Counted from the stretch's first letter, positions 1 through 20,454 are shown. The stretch: DNA of 64,000 nucleotides from the human T2T-CHM13v2.0 reference genome, Homo sapiens (GCF_009914755.1 NC_060926.1), one strand, 5' to 3'. Numbers and translations are program-made. The notes: generated by a model from the sequence alone, not told the origin.

Positions 1-943
1 ATTTTAAAATGCTTAATTACACAAACATGTTCCTGGTGGTGGGGGGGTGGAACATAAAAAGCACAGATAAGCAACATGTATCTGCAATCCCCATAAACAC
101 AGAATTATTATTAATTGTGGAAGGCAGATTGTCTTTTTTGTTTATTTCATTCCAAAACTCCATTCTTACTCCAGTTGGGTCATGAAGACACAAAGCTGGT
201 TTGGAAAAAAGGAAATGTCTTTTCAATGGCTGAATCTGGAGAGAATGTTTGACACTGCTAACCATGCTGCAAATGAGGTCTTTGTGTGTGGGTGCAGGGG
301 TCAGCCTGGGAAACAGCAACAGCAAGGGGTGGGCACACACAGGCCGGCTGCAGCCAGTGCTACGAGAATGATCTTTTGTTTCCGCTGGTCAGCCGTTCAG
401 GATGAAGGCTGAAAACATCAAAGACATGTCTAAACACTGTTATCTGGCCATGTCCTTTGCCCTGACTGTGTAAGGGGTCTCTCTCCATGGGGAATAGAGC
501 CCTGAGCTTAGCTTCTACTGTGCTGTTAATTTCAGGCAAGAGCAGATCAATAGTATTTGCATTAGCTACTTACATCAGTCTCTTTTGTTCTGAGGAAAAT
601 TTGTTGATTTATTTATCTGATGAAAGTAATTAAAAATCACTTTCTTTACATCTCAAAAATTACATGTGTTAATTGCAGAAAACTTATAAAGCATGGAAGA
701 ATACAAAACAAAAACAAATTCCTCTACCTGGACATGACTGTTGTTAGCATTTTGGGAGATTCTTCATATCCTTTTAATGTAGATATGCACATTTTACAAA
801 AAAGGCTATCATATTGTACATATAACTTTGCTGTAGGTCTGCTAGGAACCTGTACCCATGTCATTACTGTAAGCATTCTACTACTCAAATTTTAGTATCT
901 GCAGATATCAGATATCCTTTTACATAATTTCTTTATATTATAG

Positions 944-1612
<669 letters not shown>

Positions 1613-2345
1613 CCAATTAGTAAAGTATTCTTATTGCAGCAACAAAAATGTTGCAAATAAAATTACCTACTTGATTTACAGGAAAGGCTTAAATGTATCC
1701 TTCAAGTAACGGACTGTTACTTACTAGGGAAGATGGTTTCAGCAGTTGGGAAAGCGGAACCACAGAGCTTTACTCAGTTTTCATAAGCAAATAATGGGGA
1801 CTTTACATATTGACAGCAGGGAGTGGTAAGATTCCCAACCAACTGCGGCATTTCTGTGAGAGCAAGTCAGAGTAAGAGGAATGGCAGAAGAAACGAAACA
1901 GAAAGTGGAGAGAGTGACAGGCAAACTGCAGTTGGGTTAAATGAGATATGAGAAAGGTTAGCAGTTCAGGAGACACCATTTCACTCCCCAGTTCAAGCTA
2001 TGATGTGACTTTAATGTGGTACAGAGCCAGGGTCCCTTCTCAGGGTCTTACATGAGGTAGTGACAAGCTCTGTCTTTCCTCCACTGCCCAGTCCCTTGAG
2101 GGTAGGAATCAGGGATCCATCATCTGGGCACCCATGGGACCTGAACTGAGTACTGCAGCTTCGGCCAGTGAACACATTCAGTTTTTTTTCCTGGAGGGAC
2201 ACTCTTTAATCAGCTGTGTTCCCTACTGACTTTGCATTTATCAATGTCATGTCATAGGTATTTTGAGTACATCGAAGCAGTGGTGGTGGGGAGCTGAGAG
2301 GCAGAAGGGTGGGCCTGAGAGGGCAGGTGGGATTCTTGATCCTGA

Positions 2346-3552
<1,207 letters not shown>

Positions 3553-4855
3553 TAGTGCAATTTGGGGTTTTCCTCAGTTCATATATTTGCTCCTTTAGTA
3601 GTTTATCTTTATTTGGATAAACTACTAAAGGAGCAAATAACTACAAGACAGTTTAACTTGCAAGGAGGAAGATAAACTTTTATCTTTATTATCTATTTAT
3701 ATACAAATATGATGAAAATATTTATTGACCTCAGATATTGTACCAAGTACTTTATATGTGCCTACATCTATTTTATATGTTATCTGGAGCACTTCATATA
3801 GTGATGTCACAGGTGGAAGGATTACATCATTTAACTGTGTTAACAAGTCCAGGAGGTGAGTTTTGTTGCTGTCTCATGGTTGAGGAATGGGAGCTTAGAA
3901 AGCCTCAGTGACAAGGCCACACAGACAGGAAGGGGTGGAATTGAGATTCATACGAAGTCCATCCGACCTCCAGGCTGTGTTGTTGCTATGGGGCTTCATG
4001 GCTCATGTTGGAAAGGAGAAAGGGAGGCTGCTGCAGAGGTGCCTGGTAAAAGTGACTTTCAGAGGGCAAGGAGACCAATGTTCTAGTTGTGTGGGGCTAG
4101 CAGAAATCACTCTCATCTTATTTCCCCACCTGGCTTGGCTGTGTACATGGCCCCAGACAGTAAAAAGAAAGAAACGTTCCTGATGAGGGGAAGTCCCCTT
4201 TTCTCCTCCCTCATCCCAGAGGGACAATTCTCATGAGTGTGGCATGGCTTGTTTCTGCCCAGATTTTCACACGTTTATTACATAAATCTGTATCTATTGC
4301 TTCGAGTGCTTACATTTTTTGGGTTGTAAATGGCATTGTTCATATTCACATTATTGATGTAGTTCATTTTAGCTAATCTTTGGTATTTGGTAGTGTGAAT
4401 ATATATCACTGTTTTCTCTTTCTCCCTCTAATGGTAGACATTTTCATTGTTTCCTTTTTTATAATATTATGACAAATGTTGCTCTGATCATCCTTTTGTA
4501 TCTCTTCGTGTCTCAGTAGGGGAGTTTCTAGGAGCGGAATTGCTAGGTTACGTGGTATGTGCACTTCCACTTTGTGTAGGCACTGCCAAATTGCTCGCTA
4601 GCGTGGCCAGACTAATTTACATGTCCAGTGGTGGCAGATGAGTGCTTCTTTCCTCACATTTTTGCCAACACCAAATATTGTTGGGCTTCTTAATTTTGGC
4701 CACTTTCCAAGTGTGGAATGATGATTCAAGCTTTGATTGCTGATGAGATTGCTCACGTCTGGTTATCTTAGGGTTAGCAGAGCAAGATAACCTTCCTGTT
4801 TATTGCATATTACATATTCTGACTTTAACAGGTTTTCCACAATATTCAGCATTCC

Positions 4856-5383
4856 AGTAATTCCCCTTGTCCATGGGATATATGTTCCAAGATTCCTAGT
4901 GGGTGCCTGAAACCATGGCTAGTACTGGACTATATATATATTGTGTTTCTTCGTATACATACACACCTATGATAAAGTTTAAGTTATAAATTAGGCTCAG
5001 TAAAGTATTAATAATAATAACTAATAATAAAATAGAACAATTATAGCAATATACTGTAATAAAAGTTAAGTGAATGTGGTTTCTCTCCTTCTGTCTCTTA
5101 CTGTACTGTACTCACCCTTCTTCTTGTGATCTGCTGATATGAGAACTGAGATGGGTCATAAGTGACTAGTGGTCATGGGTGGGTGGTGTCCACACTGTGG
5201 ACACTCTGGACAAAGGAGATTTACGTCCTGGATGGGATGGAGTGAGAAGGTGGGAGATTTCATCATGCTGCTAAGAATGGCATGCAATTTAAAATGTATG
5301 ACTTATTTTTGGAATTTTTCATTTAGTAGTTTCAGACCTTGGAAAACTGAAACCATGAAAAGTGAAACTGTGGATGAGGGTCT
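4856..5383 (-). mobile_element. MER44-type (Tigger-derived) DNA transposon
   Basis: cagtaattccccttgtccatgg... and ...gaaaagtgaaactgtggatgaggg termini with characteristic internal sequence. Confidence 0.75.
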
Positions 5384-5394
5384 TCAAAGCGATT

Positions 5395-5800
5395 TTTTAA
5401 TAGAGATATAATTCACATAACAGAAAACTCACTATGTTGAAGCGATTTTTAGTAGATTTACAAAGTTATGCCACCACCTCCATGAATTCCAAAATATTTC
5501 CACTACCCAAAAAGAAATCCTGCATCTATGAGCGAGTAGTCTCCATTCCTTCCTTGCTTGGAAACCACGAATCTACTTTCTGTCTCTATGGATTTTGCTT
5601 ATTTTGGACATTTTGCATATTTGTGTGTGGGTTCTTTCACCTAGTGTAATGTTTTCAAGTTTCATCCATGTTGTAGCATGTAATAGCACTTTATTCCTTT
5701 TACTGGCTGAATAACATTCCATTGTATGGATAGATCACATTTTGTTTATCCAAACATTGCTTGATTGCTTATTTCTACTTGTTGGCCATTATGAATAATT
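5395..5800 (-). mobile_element. Old L1M 3' fragment
   Basis: gagatataattcacataac...ttcatccatgttgtagcatg...ttccattgtatggata motifs. Confidence 0.75.
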
Positions 5801-5894
5801 CGACATTACTTTTGGTTTTCATTCCTACACTATTCATTGAGCCCTTTCTTGTGCCAGACACAGCACTTTGGGCCACCTTATTGGCTCTGAGTAA

Positions 5895-6233
<339 letters not shown>

Positions 6234-6538
6234 AGGTGTCATCACATTCTACCGAGATGGGGACTGCGGCGAGGGGAGTGTAAGTCAGTTTCCCAGCCTG
6301 CACTTGATCATGCTTCTCCTTTGCTTAAAATGTCTCCTAATGGCTCTGCATGCTCTTGGGGTGGAGAGCACATTCTGTCATGGTGCCTGCCAGCTCCTTC
6401 CTGTCTCTCCAGCCACTGGTCCTCTGGACAGAGCTAGAGTCTTTCACACAAGCAGTTCTCTCCAGCTCTTCTATACTTCCCTGAGAGTTTGTCCCACATC
6501 CTCAGGGATGTGAGGAATTCAATAATAATAAATCATTA

Positions 6539-7048
<510 letters not shown>

Positions 7049-8120
7049 TCAAAGCCTGTTGCGTTTGTTTATTGCTACAACAAATATTTATTGAGCACCT
7101 GCAGTATGTCAGGCACCAAGAACAGACCTGTGAGCCCAGTGCACATGGTCCCCGTGCTCACGGGCCTAACATTCTCTGTGGTCTGGGAGTAATGTTTCTA
7201 GTCACAGCAAATCATCTCATGTGTTCTTGGTTGAGTATAGATGCTGGAATTTCCTGTCCTTGAGAAGCGTGGTTTGGTAATGTGCCAACAGGTAGTTACC
7301 ATGCAGCTGAGCCAGGGTCAAATGGTTTATCTGGGGACTGGGCTTGTGGCCATAGCCTGAGGGGAACCAGTGACACCTTTTCTTCAGGGAGGCCAATGGT
7401 AAGAGCACCTGAGGCCCAGGAATCAGAGCTTCTCTCCCCATGATCTCCTTGGCAGGCCTTAGCATACCCAGACCAGTGGGCATTTTGTTCATTAGGTGAT
7501 GAGAAACCTAGGTGGCCAGGGGAAAAGAGTGGAGATTTAGTTGGTGTATTTATTATTTTCTATTAGACCATCTGCCTTTGGAGTTGGTTAGGAATTGGAG
7601 GTGGATTTCCCCAAATTAGTTAGAAATGATCATACAGTCCCGTCTTCCCTTCCTTCATGTCTTGAAAGTTCATTATGCTAAAATGTGATGTGTGCTAGGG
7701 ATGAGATCATGGAAGCTTGGGGAGGCTTGGGAACTGGCAGAATGACCAGAGTTGGAGCAGCAGAGCAGCGTGGAACCCTGAGCTCTGGACTCTCCATCCT
7801 GGGGAGGAGCCAACTTCCAGTCCCTGATACTGCACACACACTGCAGTGTGCAGTGGCAGACTGCACTGTACTGTGGGTATCACACTTTGTTTTTCAGAAC
7901 TTTCAGGATCAAGGTTCCACCCACGTTAAATACAACATGTGTTACATCCCTTTATATTTTGTGTGAAGCAATCAAAGAATATTGCTGATTTTGATATAGA
8001 ATTACAAGATAATCAATAACTTATTATACAAAGAAATTAAAAAAGAAATAATCCTTCTCTATATACCAGTTTTCTTGGTAGATGATATCACAAGCATTGG
8101 TATTTTTTCATGATTAATTA

Positions 8121-8513
<393 letters not shown>

Positions 8514-9834
8514 TCAGGTAATTTATATTTGGTATCAAGAAACCAAGAGTGAACATGCAAACTGCATTCTGTGTTTTATTAGTTCAGAGACCTTGCCCAG
8601 CCCTTGCAGTTCTATCAAATGGGTATTATTTTGACTAACAAGGGAGTCTCCTGGCATGGAGTTGCTGCCTGTCCAGGCGCCAGCCTCCTGCTTCTCAGAG
8701 TCCTTCCTGCCCTTGGAGGCTCTGGGTGGAGCTGGTTGCCTGGTGCCCCCAACAGCTGTGTTCATACTGAGTCTGTCCCTCTCTGGTCCCGACTCTACCA
8801 TGGAGTCCTGAGACCACAGGACTCAGGGAAGCTGTTGCTGCTGTCACCACATAGGCCTTGGAGTGGGTGAGAAGAAAGCTGCCTTTTCCTGAGTTATTTT
8901 AACTGAGGATTCTGGACCTTTCTTTAATTCTCTCCATTAACTCATCTAAACAGAGGCTGCATTGTTTACAGTAATATATTGAGGAAATTATCCCAGGAGG
9001 GAATTATATGCCAAAAAACATAAAGCCATGTACTAGATATATTGTTTTCAGAGACTTCTAGACAGCTTCTAGTCCATTTCGCCTATGGTAGAGGTTTGCT
9101 TTCTTCTTCTTCTGAGAGAAGGAGAAACAGAAAGACAGACAGATAGACACTGAGCTCTTCCAGGCCCTTCAGCCTCTCCCCACTGTGGCCCCAGTCCCAT
9201 GCCACAGGCCTGCACCCTGGTCCAATTTCTATCCCTAGATCTTCCTTCTCCAGGGGCTCATGGCAGTTGGAATTTCTATTTCCTCCAGGAAAACCCTCCA
9301 CATTTTACATCCAGGGATTGGCCTCACCCTGCAGCCACCCTCACCATCCTCTGCATCGGGACACATGAGGCTGGCGTTGGAATATTTCCCAGATCCTTCA
9401 TTTTCCAACAAAGAACAGCGCCCTGCGTGGGTCTTCAGCAGAACGGGCTTTGCACACGCTTTGGCAGCCTCAGGCTGGGCTCCTTTCTGGCTTTCCCCCA
9501 GTGTGGCAAAGGTTTGTTTTGCATCCTTCCTGACATCTTTGCCTGGCCACTCCCCTTTTACGTGGCTTGCTGCTTGAACAAGAACGTACATAATCCTCCC
9601 AAGAACAAACAGTCATTTTCCAGGACAGTGTAGTCTACACTTGTATTTAGAATGAAACAAAATAAAACAAACATCCTTTTAAAGCCAACATAAACTTTAG
9701 AGATTTGGCTTGCACCGTGTTGAAGATTTCTCTTTCTAGATCCACAGCATTTCAAATCATTGTTTGCCAGAATCTCCACCATTATTGCCATTGCCTACCC
9801 AAAACGTTCACCGTGGTTGTCTTCCAAAACATGA

Positions 9835-10179
<345 letters not shown>

Positions 10180-10249
10180 CCAGATTTTTCTTTCTGTAAG
10201 AATTCCCCCTAAGTCCAAAGTGTGCAGGACCATATTCACTTTTTTCTCC

Positions 10250-12034
<1,785 letters not shown>

Positions 12035-13915
12035 TAATTATTTGTTTTGGTGCTCAAATTGCCCAGCTTTGGCCAGCGCAAACTCTTCACATTGGCTTCT
12101 GCAGGGCCAATGGTGAGGGCAGGCATGGGGCGTCAGGCTCACTTCCTCCCAGCAGTCTTCACAAGAACGAAGCTTTTTCCTGGTGAATGGCCATGGGTAG
12201 CCAGGCTTGGATGAAAAGATCACTCTGTCCATCATCCAGTAAAGCATTTTTCTAGGGGTCATAGTTTTTCGGGTGCTACACAATCATCCCCATTTTATGG
12301 CTGGAGAGCTGGGGCCCAGAGAAGTTACATTTTTCCCCAGATTGCGTAGCCAGGAAAGGCAGAACTAGGAAGACAATTTTTGGCTCCACATCTCTGAGAG
12401 TGGATGGGGAGTAAGAATAGAGCAGGGGATGGCATTCTAGGTGGGGTAAACTTTGGGCCAAGGCATGGAGACAAGATGGGAGTGTGAGTTCAGGGAAAGA
12501 CTGGCTGGAACCAAAGCATATTAGGGGTGGGTGGAGAAGGTAACAGGAACTCCATTTTGGAGAACTTGGATGTCTCCAGATGAGGAAGCAGCGTGCCCTC
12601 TGAAGGTGACCCGGTGAGAGGAGGGCGTCTGCACAGGAGAGCAGCATTCATGTCTCACTGCTCCTCATCCTCATCCAGGAACTCGCCTGCTGCTGAGACC
12701 CTGAGCTTAGGGGAATGGGGTTCCTCTGTACTGCACAGTGGGCTTTCATATAGCCCAAAGCAAACACTCAGCCTGTTTGCCCTGTATTTTAGACACCTAG
12801 TCTCACTGTGAACTGGGGAGAACAGGGGTCCTGCCTCTAGAGTTGATGTGGGGATTAAGTGAGATGACACACCTCGGATGCCTGGCCCAGCGCTGGTCCG
12901 TGGAGGAGACCTTGGTGGGTGTGACTGTTATTACCACCCACCGCCCCTTTCCTCTGACTGTTACTTTGCTGTCTGTGTTCCTGAAAAAAAATCTCGGTCC
13001 AGTCTCATTGCTTTCTGTTACTCAGCGATTTCTAGCCTGTAGCGAGTGGAATTCCCAAGGCACTGGCAATGGAGTTATATTCAGAAACAGTGCTGGAAAT
13101 ACATTAAAACAATTGACATGAAATTCACACAACATAAAATTAACCATTTTAAAGTGAACAATTTAGTGGTGTTTAGTACATTGACAATGTTGTGCCACCA
13201 TCACCTCTAGCAACGCTGTCTTCAAATTCTTTTATTTTCATTTTAAAAAGTTGACCACTAGCTCCTGGGGAGGAATTTGTGTCTTGGGAATCATCATTTA
13301 ATTTAGTAAAACCTGAAGAGAGAAATTATAATTCTTATGGGGCTGAAGTAGAAAATTTTTTTAAAAAGCAGCTAAGTGCTTTCCTATTAAGTAAAAATTC
13401 ACTTAACAAATATTTATTGAGTGCTTACTATGTGCTATGCCCTGTGTATTTAGTAATGAATGCAACGGGTGTGATTCCTGCAAGGATTTTCCTGGCAACA
13501 TTGAAGCAAGGGGAAACGTGTGTATTTCCTAAAGCTTTAGAAAAAAATGACTTGTGTGTGTTTAGACCAAGGATTGTTGAAGATTACTCTGTTTTGGTGG
13601 AAGGTGCGGTGAGCTTGGCGTGGGTCCCTGGGTTGGGCTGTGTGCTCCACACCCCACCAGCTAGTACAGGAGCTCGTTGCTCAAATCAACCACCAAGCCT
13701 CACTTTCCCTGTGTGACAAAGAGGATAAGACCTCTTGTCTCACACGGCTGTTGGAAGGCTCACTGTGCCCAACACATGGCATGTGCTCAGTGACCCTTGT
13801 GGGATCTGAAGAATCCTAAGAAAAGAATGAGACTTAGGAGACTTTTTACGCAGCTTAAGTAATTTTATGTTTTACTTAGGCGGATATGGCTTAAGACTTA
13901 TAGACAAAGATAATC

Positions 13916-13930
13916 AGGTCAAAATGACCT
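13916..13930. promoter_or_regulatory. Perfect estrogen response element (distal, about -21.2 kb)
   Basis: AGGTCAaaaTGACCT palindrome; GATA motif AGATAA at 13908-13913. Confidence 0.93.
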
Positions 13931-15920
13931 TCTTTCAGTTGTTGGGGCAGTGAGGGTGGAGGAACCGGTGGGCTGGAAAGAAAGAGTTATGGATTCTTTC
14001 AACACACTGTCCGTCCGCCTGGGAATGGAGATTTTGATAAAGATGAAACTTCTCTGTTCTGGAGCTGAAGCGCAAAGCTTAAAAAAATGGACTTAATTGG
14101 GTCTGATTGTTTTCCTATTTGTATTCATAACGAAGACTATGTAAGCAGGTCTGCTACGGTTCTAGAATGCCCCGAGGATGAATCAAATCTGTCTATCCTC
14201 TTTATTTTCCCACATAAGGACATTTTTCAGCTGTCCTGGAAGTCTGTTAGGGACTCGCAGCTCATATCCCTGACAGAGGCGGGTGGGCGTCTCTCCCTTG
14301 TCCTTGTGTGGGAACAGTAAGGATGTGTATGTCACCCTCATGGATTTCAATCCCAGAATCAAAGGATGGGCATCTCAGGGAAGGAAGTTCGAAGCAGCTC
14401 AGGGTCACGGTAATTAATTTATCCGGGAGCAACACTCAAGATCTTTGCCACAAATTAGATTCTCTTAGTCTAGCCCAGTATGGGGTTTATAGGGAAGCTC
14501 TTAGTCATCCTTCAAGGCCTACTTCTTTCAGGAAGCCTTCCCTGATCTCCTTAGCTGGTAGAATTTTCTCCCTTTTCTGAAACTCTATAGTCCTGGCTTG
14601 GAGATTTATTTTGACTTGCCAGAAACTTAAATTAGCAGCAACACGCAATTTCCTGATCATTCTAGTTAATTGATGGTTTTCGGTCTTGCTTTAAAAAAAA
14701 AAAGAACTGTGGCTTCCTTGTAATAACTCACATTTATTTAGTCCCCAGGGTGTATGAAGTGCTCTTCCAGGCCTGGTCCTTCTTGGTACCGATATTGCCA
14801 TATTGGCTGGACATCCTGGCTTGGTAGGATGCACTCACATGGGCTGTAGTAATACTGGTATCACCAGCATAACTTGTGGTTCTTCAGCCAGTAATTTCTG
14901 AGTAATAATCTGTGGCAGGTACTGAGCTAGGCTTCCGGGTTGTAGAGCTGCCTAAGTCCTGGCCGCTGCCCTTAGGAGCTCACATCCTAAGAGGGGAGGA
15001 TGAAGATTAATCTCCTACTCACTGCAACAGAATAGGAGCTGGATCAGTGCAGAGAGGATGGGGATGGGTGGAGAAGGAATATTTTTGACTGGGAGACTGG
15101 ACCAGATGGGATAGAGTTGAATCTACATGACAAAAGGCAATGGAAAAGAAATGGTGTCTCCAAATCCCAGGAAGCAGGAAATAGGCGATTAACATTGAGA
15201 GCCAAATGTGTGTGTGCCAGATATGGTGCTGGCTTATTTACATAGAGTTCTCATTCAGTCTTTTAAACAACACTGCTCTGTACGTATTACCATGTTACCT
15301 ACGTAAATATGGAAAAAGTGAGAGTCAGAGAAAATCAGTTATGTTCCCAAGTTTGCTATTGCATTGTTGAACTTGGGATTCACCAGTTGGAGACTCTGAC
15401 TCCAGATCCTACACCCTTTTCACTACACCCCTTTGCCAACATCCACTACCATGCCACACCATGTTTCCATGATCAGATGTCAGTGTTGTGTCCTCAGATG
15501 TATGTACTATGTAACTGCTGTCTTGGGGAGAAGTTTGACCCTCAGCAATGTTTGTCAAGCCAAAGAGGAGGGGTGTTGATTACAGAGGACTCTTTAGAGG
15601 GAAAGAACTGGAATGAACTTTGGAGGTTTCAGTTGGGCCAAAGGAATGCCACTGCAGGTTTGGGAAGGCACATGCTGAACCCAGTGCCAAGAGATCCTTT
15701 GCATCTTTTGGGGCTCAGTCTGCACAACCCCTCTGTGCTCAGTCCATTGCTCTCTCCTCTTTGTTATAGCATTTATCATGTATTGGCTTAGGAATATGGC
15801 ATTTCCCCCTACTAGGTTGTGAGTCCCTCTGAAGTTGAGAGCAGGCATCAGTCATCTCTGTATGCCCAGTGCTTAGTGCTGTGCTTGGCACAGAGTGGGC
15901 ACTTAAGAGCTATTAGTTGA

Positions 15921-16227
15921 ATCCATCCGTCCACACATGTATCCATCTTCCCATCTCTTCCTCCACTATCCATCCATCCATCCATCCATCCATCTGCGCA
16001 TGTGTCCATCCTCTCATCTCTTCCCCCACCTGACCATCTATCTATCCATCCATCCATCCATCCACACATGTATCCATCCTCTCATCTCTTCCCCCACCTG
16101 CCCATCTATCCATCCTTCCATCCATCCATCCATCCATCCATCCATCCACCCACCCCCCATCCGTCCATCTATCCATCCATCCATCCATCCATCCATCCGT
16201 TCATGCACGCACCCACTCACTCATTCA
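15921..16227. repeat. (TCCA)n compound microsatellite with degenerate longer units
   Basis: TCCA runs interleaved with repeated catctcttcccccacc units. Confidence 0.95.
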
Positions 16228-17321
16228 GTCTTTCAGTAGGTGTTCTCTGAACAGTACAACATACCAGGTATTATGGCCAGTGCAGAGGGAACAGAGATTG
16301 AATTGGATAGAGATGATGTGCTCAAAGAACAGAGTCTAGGCGTAGTGAGAGGAAAATGTGCTAAGTAGGAAAGAATGAATTAATGAAAATGTCATTAACT
16401 GCAAGCCTGAGGCTCTCCAAGAAGAAATTAGGTTGTTATTGTTGTGTTTTTTAAAAGTCTTGAATAATGTAGACGTGAGTGAGGCAACCTCCCACTCTGT
16501 CTTTTTCCATTGTGTTTCTGCCCCTCCGAGGTTTTCTCTGGCACCATCTGGCTGCTTCCTCTGCTGGAAGCCCTGTGAGATGTGAGGCTCTCCCTGGGAG
16601 CCTGAGGGCGGGGGGAGGGCAGGGGCACTGACCTGGTGGCTTCAAGGTGGTCACAACCCCGTCCCCTCCTGTGTCTCCCAGGAGGAATGCTGCCTAAAAG
16701 GGCAGAGCAGATGTTCTCAGGCCAGAGTGATCCTTCATCAGCCCCTCCTCCGGGAACAGGAGGTGACAGCATATTTCTCTGAGAGCAAAGGCTAAAATCC
16801 TCTGGCATTCTTCTTAATTCAGTCTAGTAGGGTTTTGTGAAACACTTCAGACTCCTAGGGGTAGAGTAAATTCTTTCACCTACTCCAGGCTTTGTGCTTA
16901 GAGGCCCATGTGGAGCTCCTTAGGGAGGCAGATTTAGCCAGGCAAGACAGCACTTCGGGCATGCCGCAGAAACACAACCAGAGAAAAGCTCATTAGAGCT
17001 CAGTGGCTTATTTTCAAACTGACTTGGCAAATCCAGAATCTGGGCATTGAAAGTGAAAATGTGTAGATGGCCTCTGTGGCGGGACATGGTGGATGTCACA
17101 TGAACCATAGGAAGAAGTGCTGTCTGTCTCACACCCGATCTTTAGACTTGGACATCACTCTGCTTGCTGGAGGTCCTCCCAGAGCATCACGTCCAAAATG
17201 AACCCAGCTTTTTCTCCTTAGTCCAGTTTCTCCTCAACTCTTTGATGCCATCTACCAAGACTTGGGTATCTTTCACTGCCTCCAAAACCAGGTAATTACC
17301 AAGTGCTGTAGATTTTCCTGC

Positions 17322-17323
<2 letters not shown>

Positions 17324-17360
<37 letters not shown>
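17324..17360. repeat. (GT)n microsatellite
   Basis: About 18 perfect GT units. Confidence 0.97.
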
Positions 17361-17361
<1 letters not shown>

Positions 17362-18408
17362 ACGCAATCTGTTCTCTTCTATCTTGCCCTGACTGCTCTG
17401 GTGCCGTCCTCAGCTGGACTGTCATAACTGACTTCTCCCAGGTCTCCACACAGACCAGATTCCCACCAGTGCATCCTCGAATGTCTTCTACAACATAGTC
17501 ACATCACCCAGGGGCTTCAAACCCTGCAGTGTTTCCATTTGGCCTCGGGAGCTAATAAGTGACTCTTCTCTTCCCCACCCCAAGTCCCAGCTGTAGTTGA
17601 CGTAGGAGTCAGGCAGATGGAGACCAGAATCTCACCTTTCTTACTAAGGCTGTGGGCCCATGCGGTTGAGGCGTGAGGGCCAAACGGCCTTACCCAAGCT
17701 CCCCGCCCCAATTCCTGACTCCCTGCAGGATAGACCTTGGCGCCGTCCATCTAAGGGAAAGACCTGCACCCAAGTTACCTAGGAAGCTGCCACACGCAAG
17801 CAAGAAAGAGAGACAAAGTCTCTGTGCTAACAGGCTCTCACTGGATTCATTCTACCTAGTGGAGGAAGGAGGAGCAGCTTCTGTCTCCTACTGAGACAGA
17901 CTTTTCTCTTCCGTGGGCAGTGGGGTGGCGAGGGCTGTGAGGCGGGGAGCATTGTTTTGGGGAAGCCCTTCCAGGAGCAGAGCAGGGGATTAGGATCCAG
18001 TCCAAGCTCCTTAATATGGGACATGGATGATGTGACCACTGCTTATTATTCCAGTGGCTGTCTTTGCTGCTGTGTCTGGAAGGTTCCCTGGTGTGAGCAG
18101 TGGCCCCAGGGTCACTTGGATGAGTGAGATTTTGGGTGTAGGCTGGGGTCATGTCCTGTGGACCCCTCCAAGGCCAGGCTGGCCCTCTTCCCTGCTGCCC
18201 CCGGCCTCCCTGCCCTTTGCCTTCCAGCAGCACCATCCTGTGTGCCTTGTCTGAGTCGGTGTTGTGCAGTCGCTGCCTGAAGGTGCTGATCCTGCCTTGT
18301 GCCATTCGGCTCCCTCCGCTCCAACCCAGGCACCTGCTCTTTGGACTGCCTTTTGTGACCACCTCCTTCCCAGCTGGCTCAGGTGCTTTTCCTTACAAAG
18401 AGAAAGGG

Positions 18409-18516
18409 ATCGATGGCTGGACCGACCTGAATGCGCCTGGTCTCAGAAGCTAAGCAGGGTTGGCTTGGTCAGTACTTGGATGGGAGACCACTGGGGAGAC
18501 CCGGTGCTGTAGACTT
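18409..18516 (+). pseudogene. 5S rRNA processed pseudogene (possibly RNA5SP84)
   Basis: Diverged 5S match (GAAGCTAAGCAGGG...AGTACTTGGATGGGAGACC...GGTGCTGTAG) with a short internal deletion, A-tail 18518-18528 and TSD-like aaagagaaaggg/aaagaggaaggg. Confidence 0.9.
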
Positions 18517-18610
18517 GAAAAAAAAAAAGAGGAAGGGGCTTGATCTGAAGGTAGATTGATGTTAGCTGTGGGAACAGGGTCTTGGCTATGAGGTGTGGGA
18601 GCCAGAGTGA

Positions 18611-18941
<331 letters not shown>

Positions 18942-19829
18942 AACAGTGAAGCATCTTTAACAGCAGTTTAAAGATGCTGGTAACTTCACAATACCCGGAG
19001 AGTTTTCCAAGGAGTGAGTTTGTTTTTTGTTTCCCCTTGACTGTGGGCATTTTGCCAGAGAGGGTAATTTAGTGCTATTCCTCAAGAGCAAAGGAATAAA
19101 GGATACAATAACTAACAAAATGGAATATGCATGCTAATTTTTAGGCAATAGTTTTCTTTTATGGTCTGCAATGGAGTGGACAACCTGCTGAGAGAACTGA
19201 GGCCTCCTTCCAGTTGTTTGACGTCAAGGTCAGGAGGAGCATGGAGATCCATTTGGGTGGAATTTATGACTTTGCAATCATTGAAAGTTGAACACATTAA
19301 AAAAATTCGTGTATAGGAGAAAGTAGTCATGCTCATTTAAAGGTATTTTGGGCTGTTTGGGTAAGGTGACTGTGTTTTCCTTTCTTTTCAGTAGGAAAAA
19401 GTTGCTATTTTTCTCTCTGGAGCTTGTCATTGTATCTCAGACACTGAGTTTTGAGTTTCAGAAACCTAGAGTCAGGGCATCGAATGAGAATGCAGCTTTA
19501 TCTGTGCACAGGGCTGCTGCTGCTGCAGTGGACAGGGGGCGGGTAGGGGGTGGGGGTGTGTGGCATGGGCCTGGTTAATGCAGACAGATCCATCCAGTCC
19601 TGGCCTCCAGATGCATTTGCAGCATCTCCTTTAATCAAGGTTCAAACCTGCTAAAATGATTTACATTAGATTCTGATGATATTTTGATGTCAATTTGAAT
19701 AGAACTTGGGCAAGTTCTTCAGGTCTGTAGAGCAGTAGATAGGGCAGTAAAGTGAAATACAAAAAAAAAAAAAAGAAAAAGCGCATATGCATAAAATATA
19801 AGCATGTGTCTTTTTAAATGAAAAAATCC

Positions 19830-20234
<405 letters not shown>

Positions 20235-20454
20235 TTAATAAAATTTAGATAGACATCGTTACCTATACTGTTGGTAATAAGGGCTATCTGGATGTTACTG
20301 CTTGTTGGATTATTAAAGGCTGGCATTTTGAACATAGGAAATGACCATCTGTGAGGGTCTTTATTAGGTCTCTGTGAAGTTAGTAAGTCCCCCAGGTATT
20401 CTCTGATTATCCTGTAATTTCCTGGTCTTAGCCTTTTCACATCTTATGATTACT

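Noticed and set aside
14749-14901. Possible internal non-coding exon or snoRNA-like segment
   Set aside because: Weak splice signals and no recognisable box motifs or family match.
15921-16227. Repeat-spacer-like pattern (CRISPR-like) and HPSI-repeat ORFs
   Set aside because: Eukaryotic TCCA microsatellite with degenerate units; no unique spacers or cas genes.
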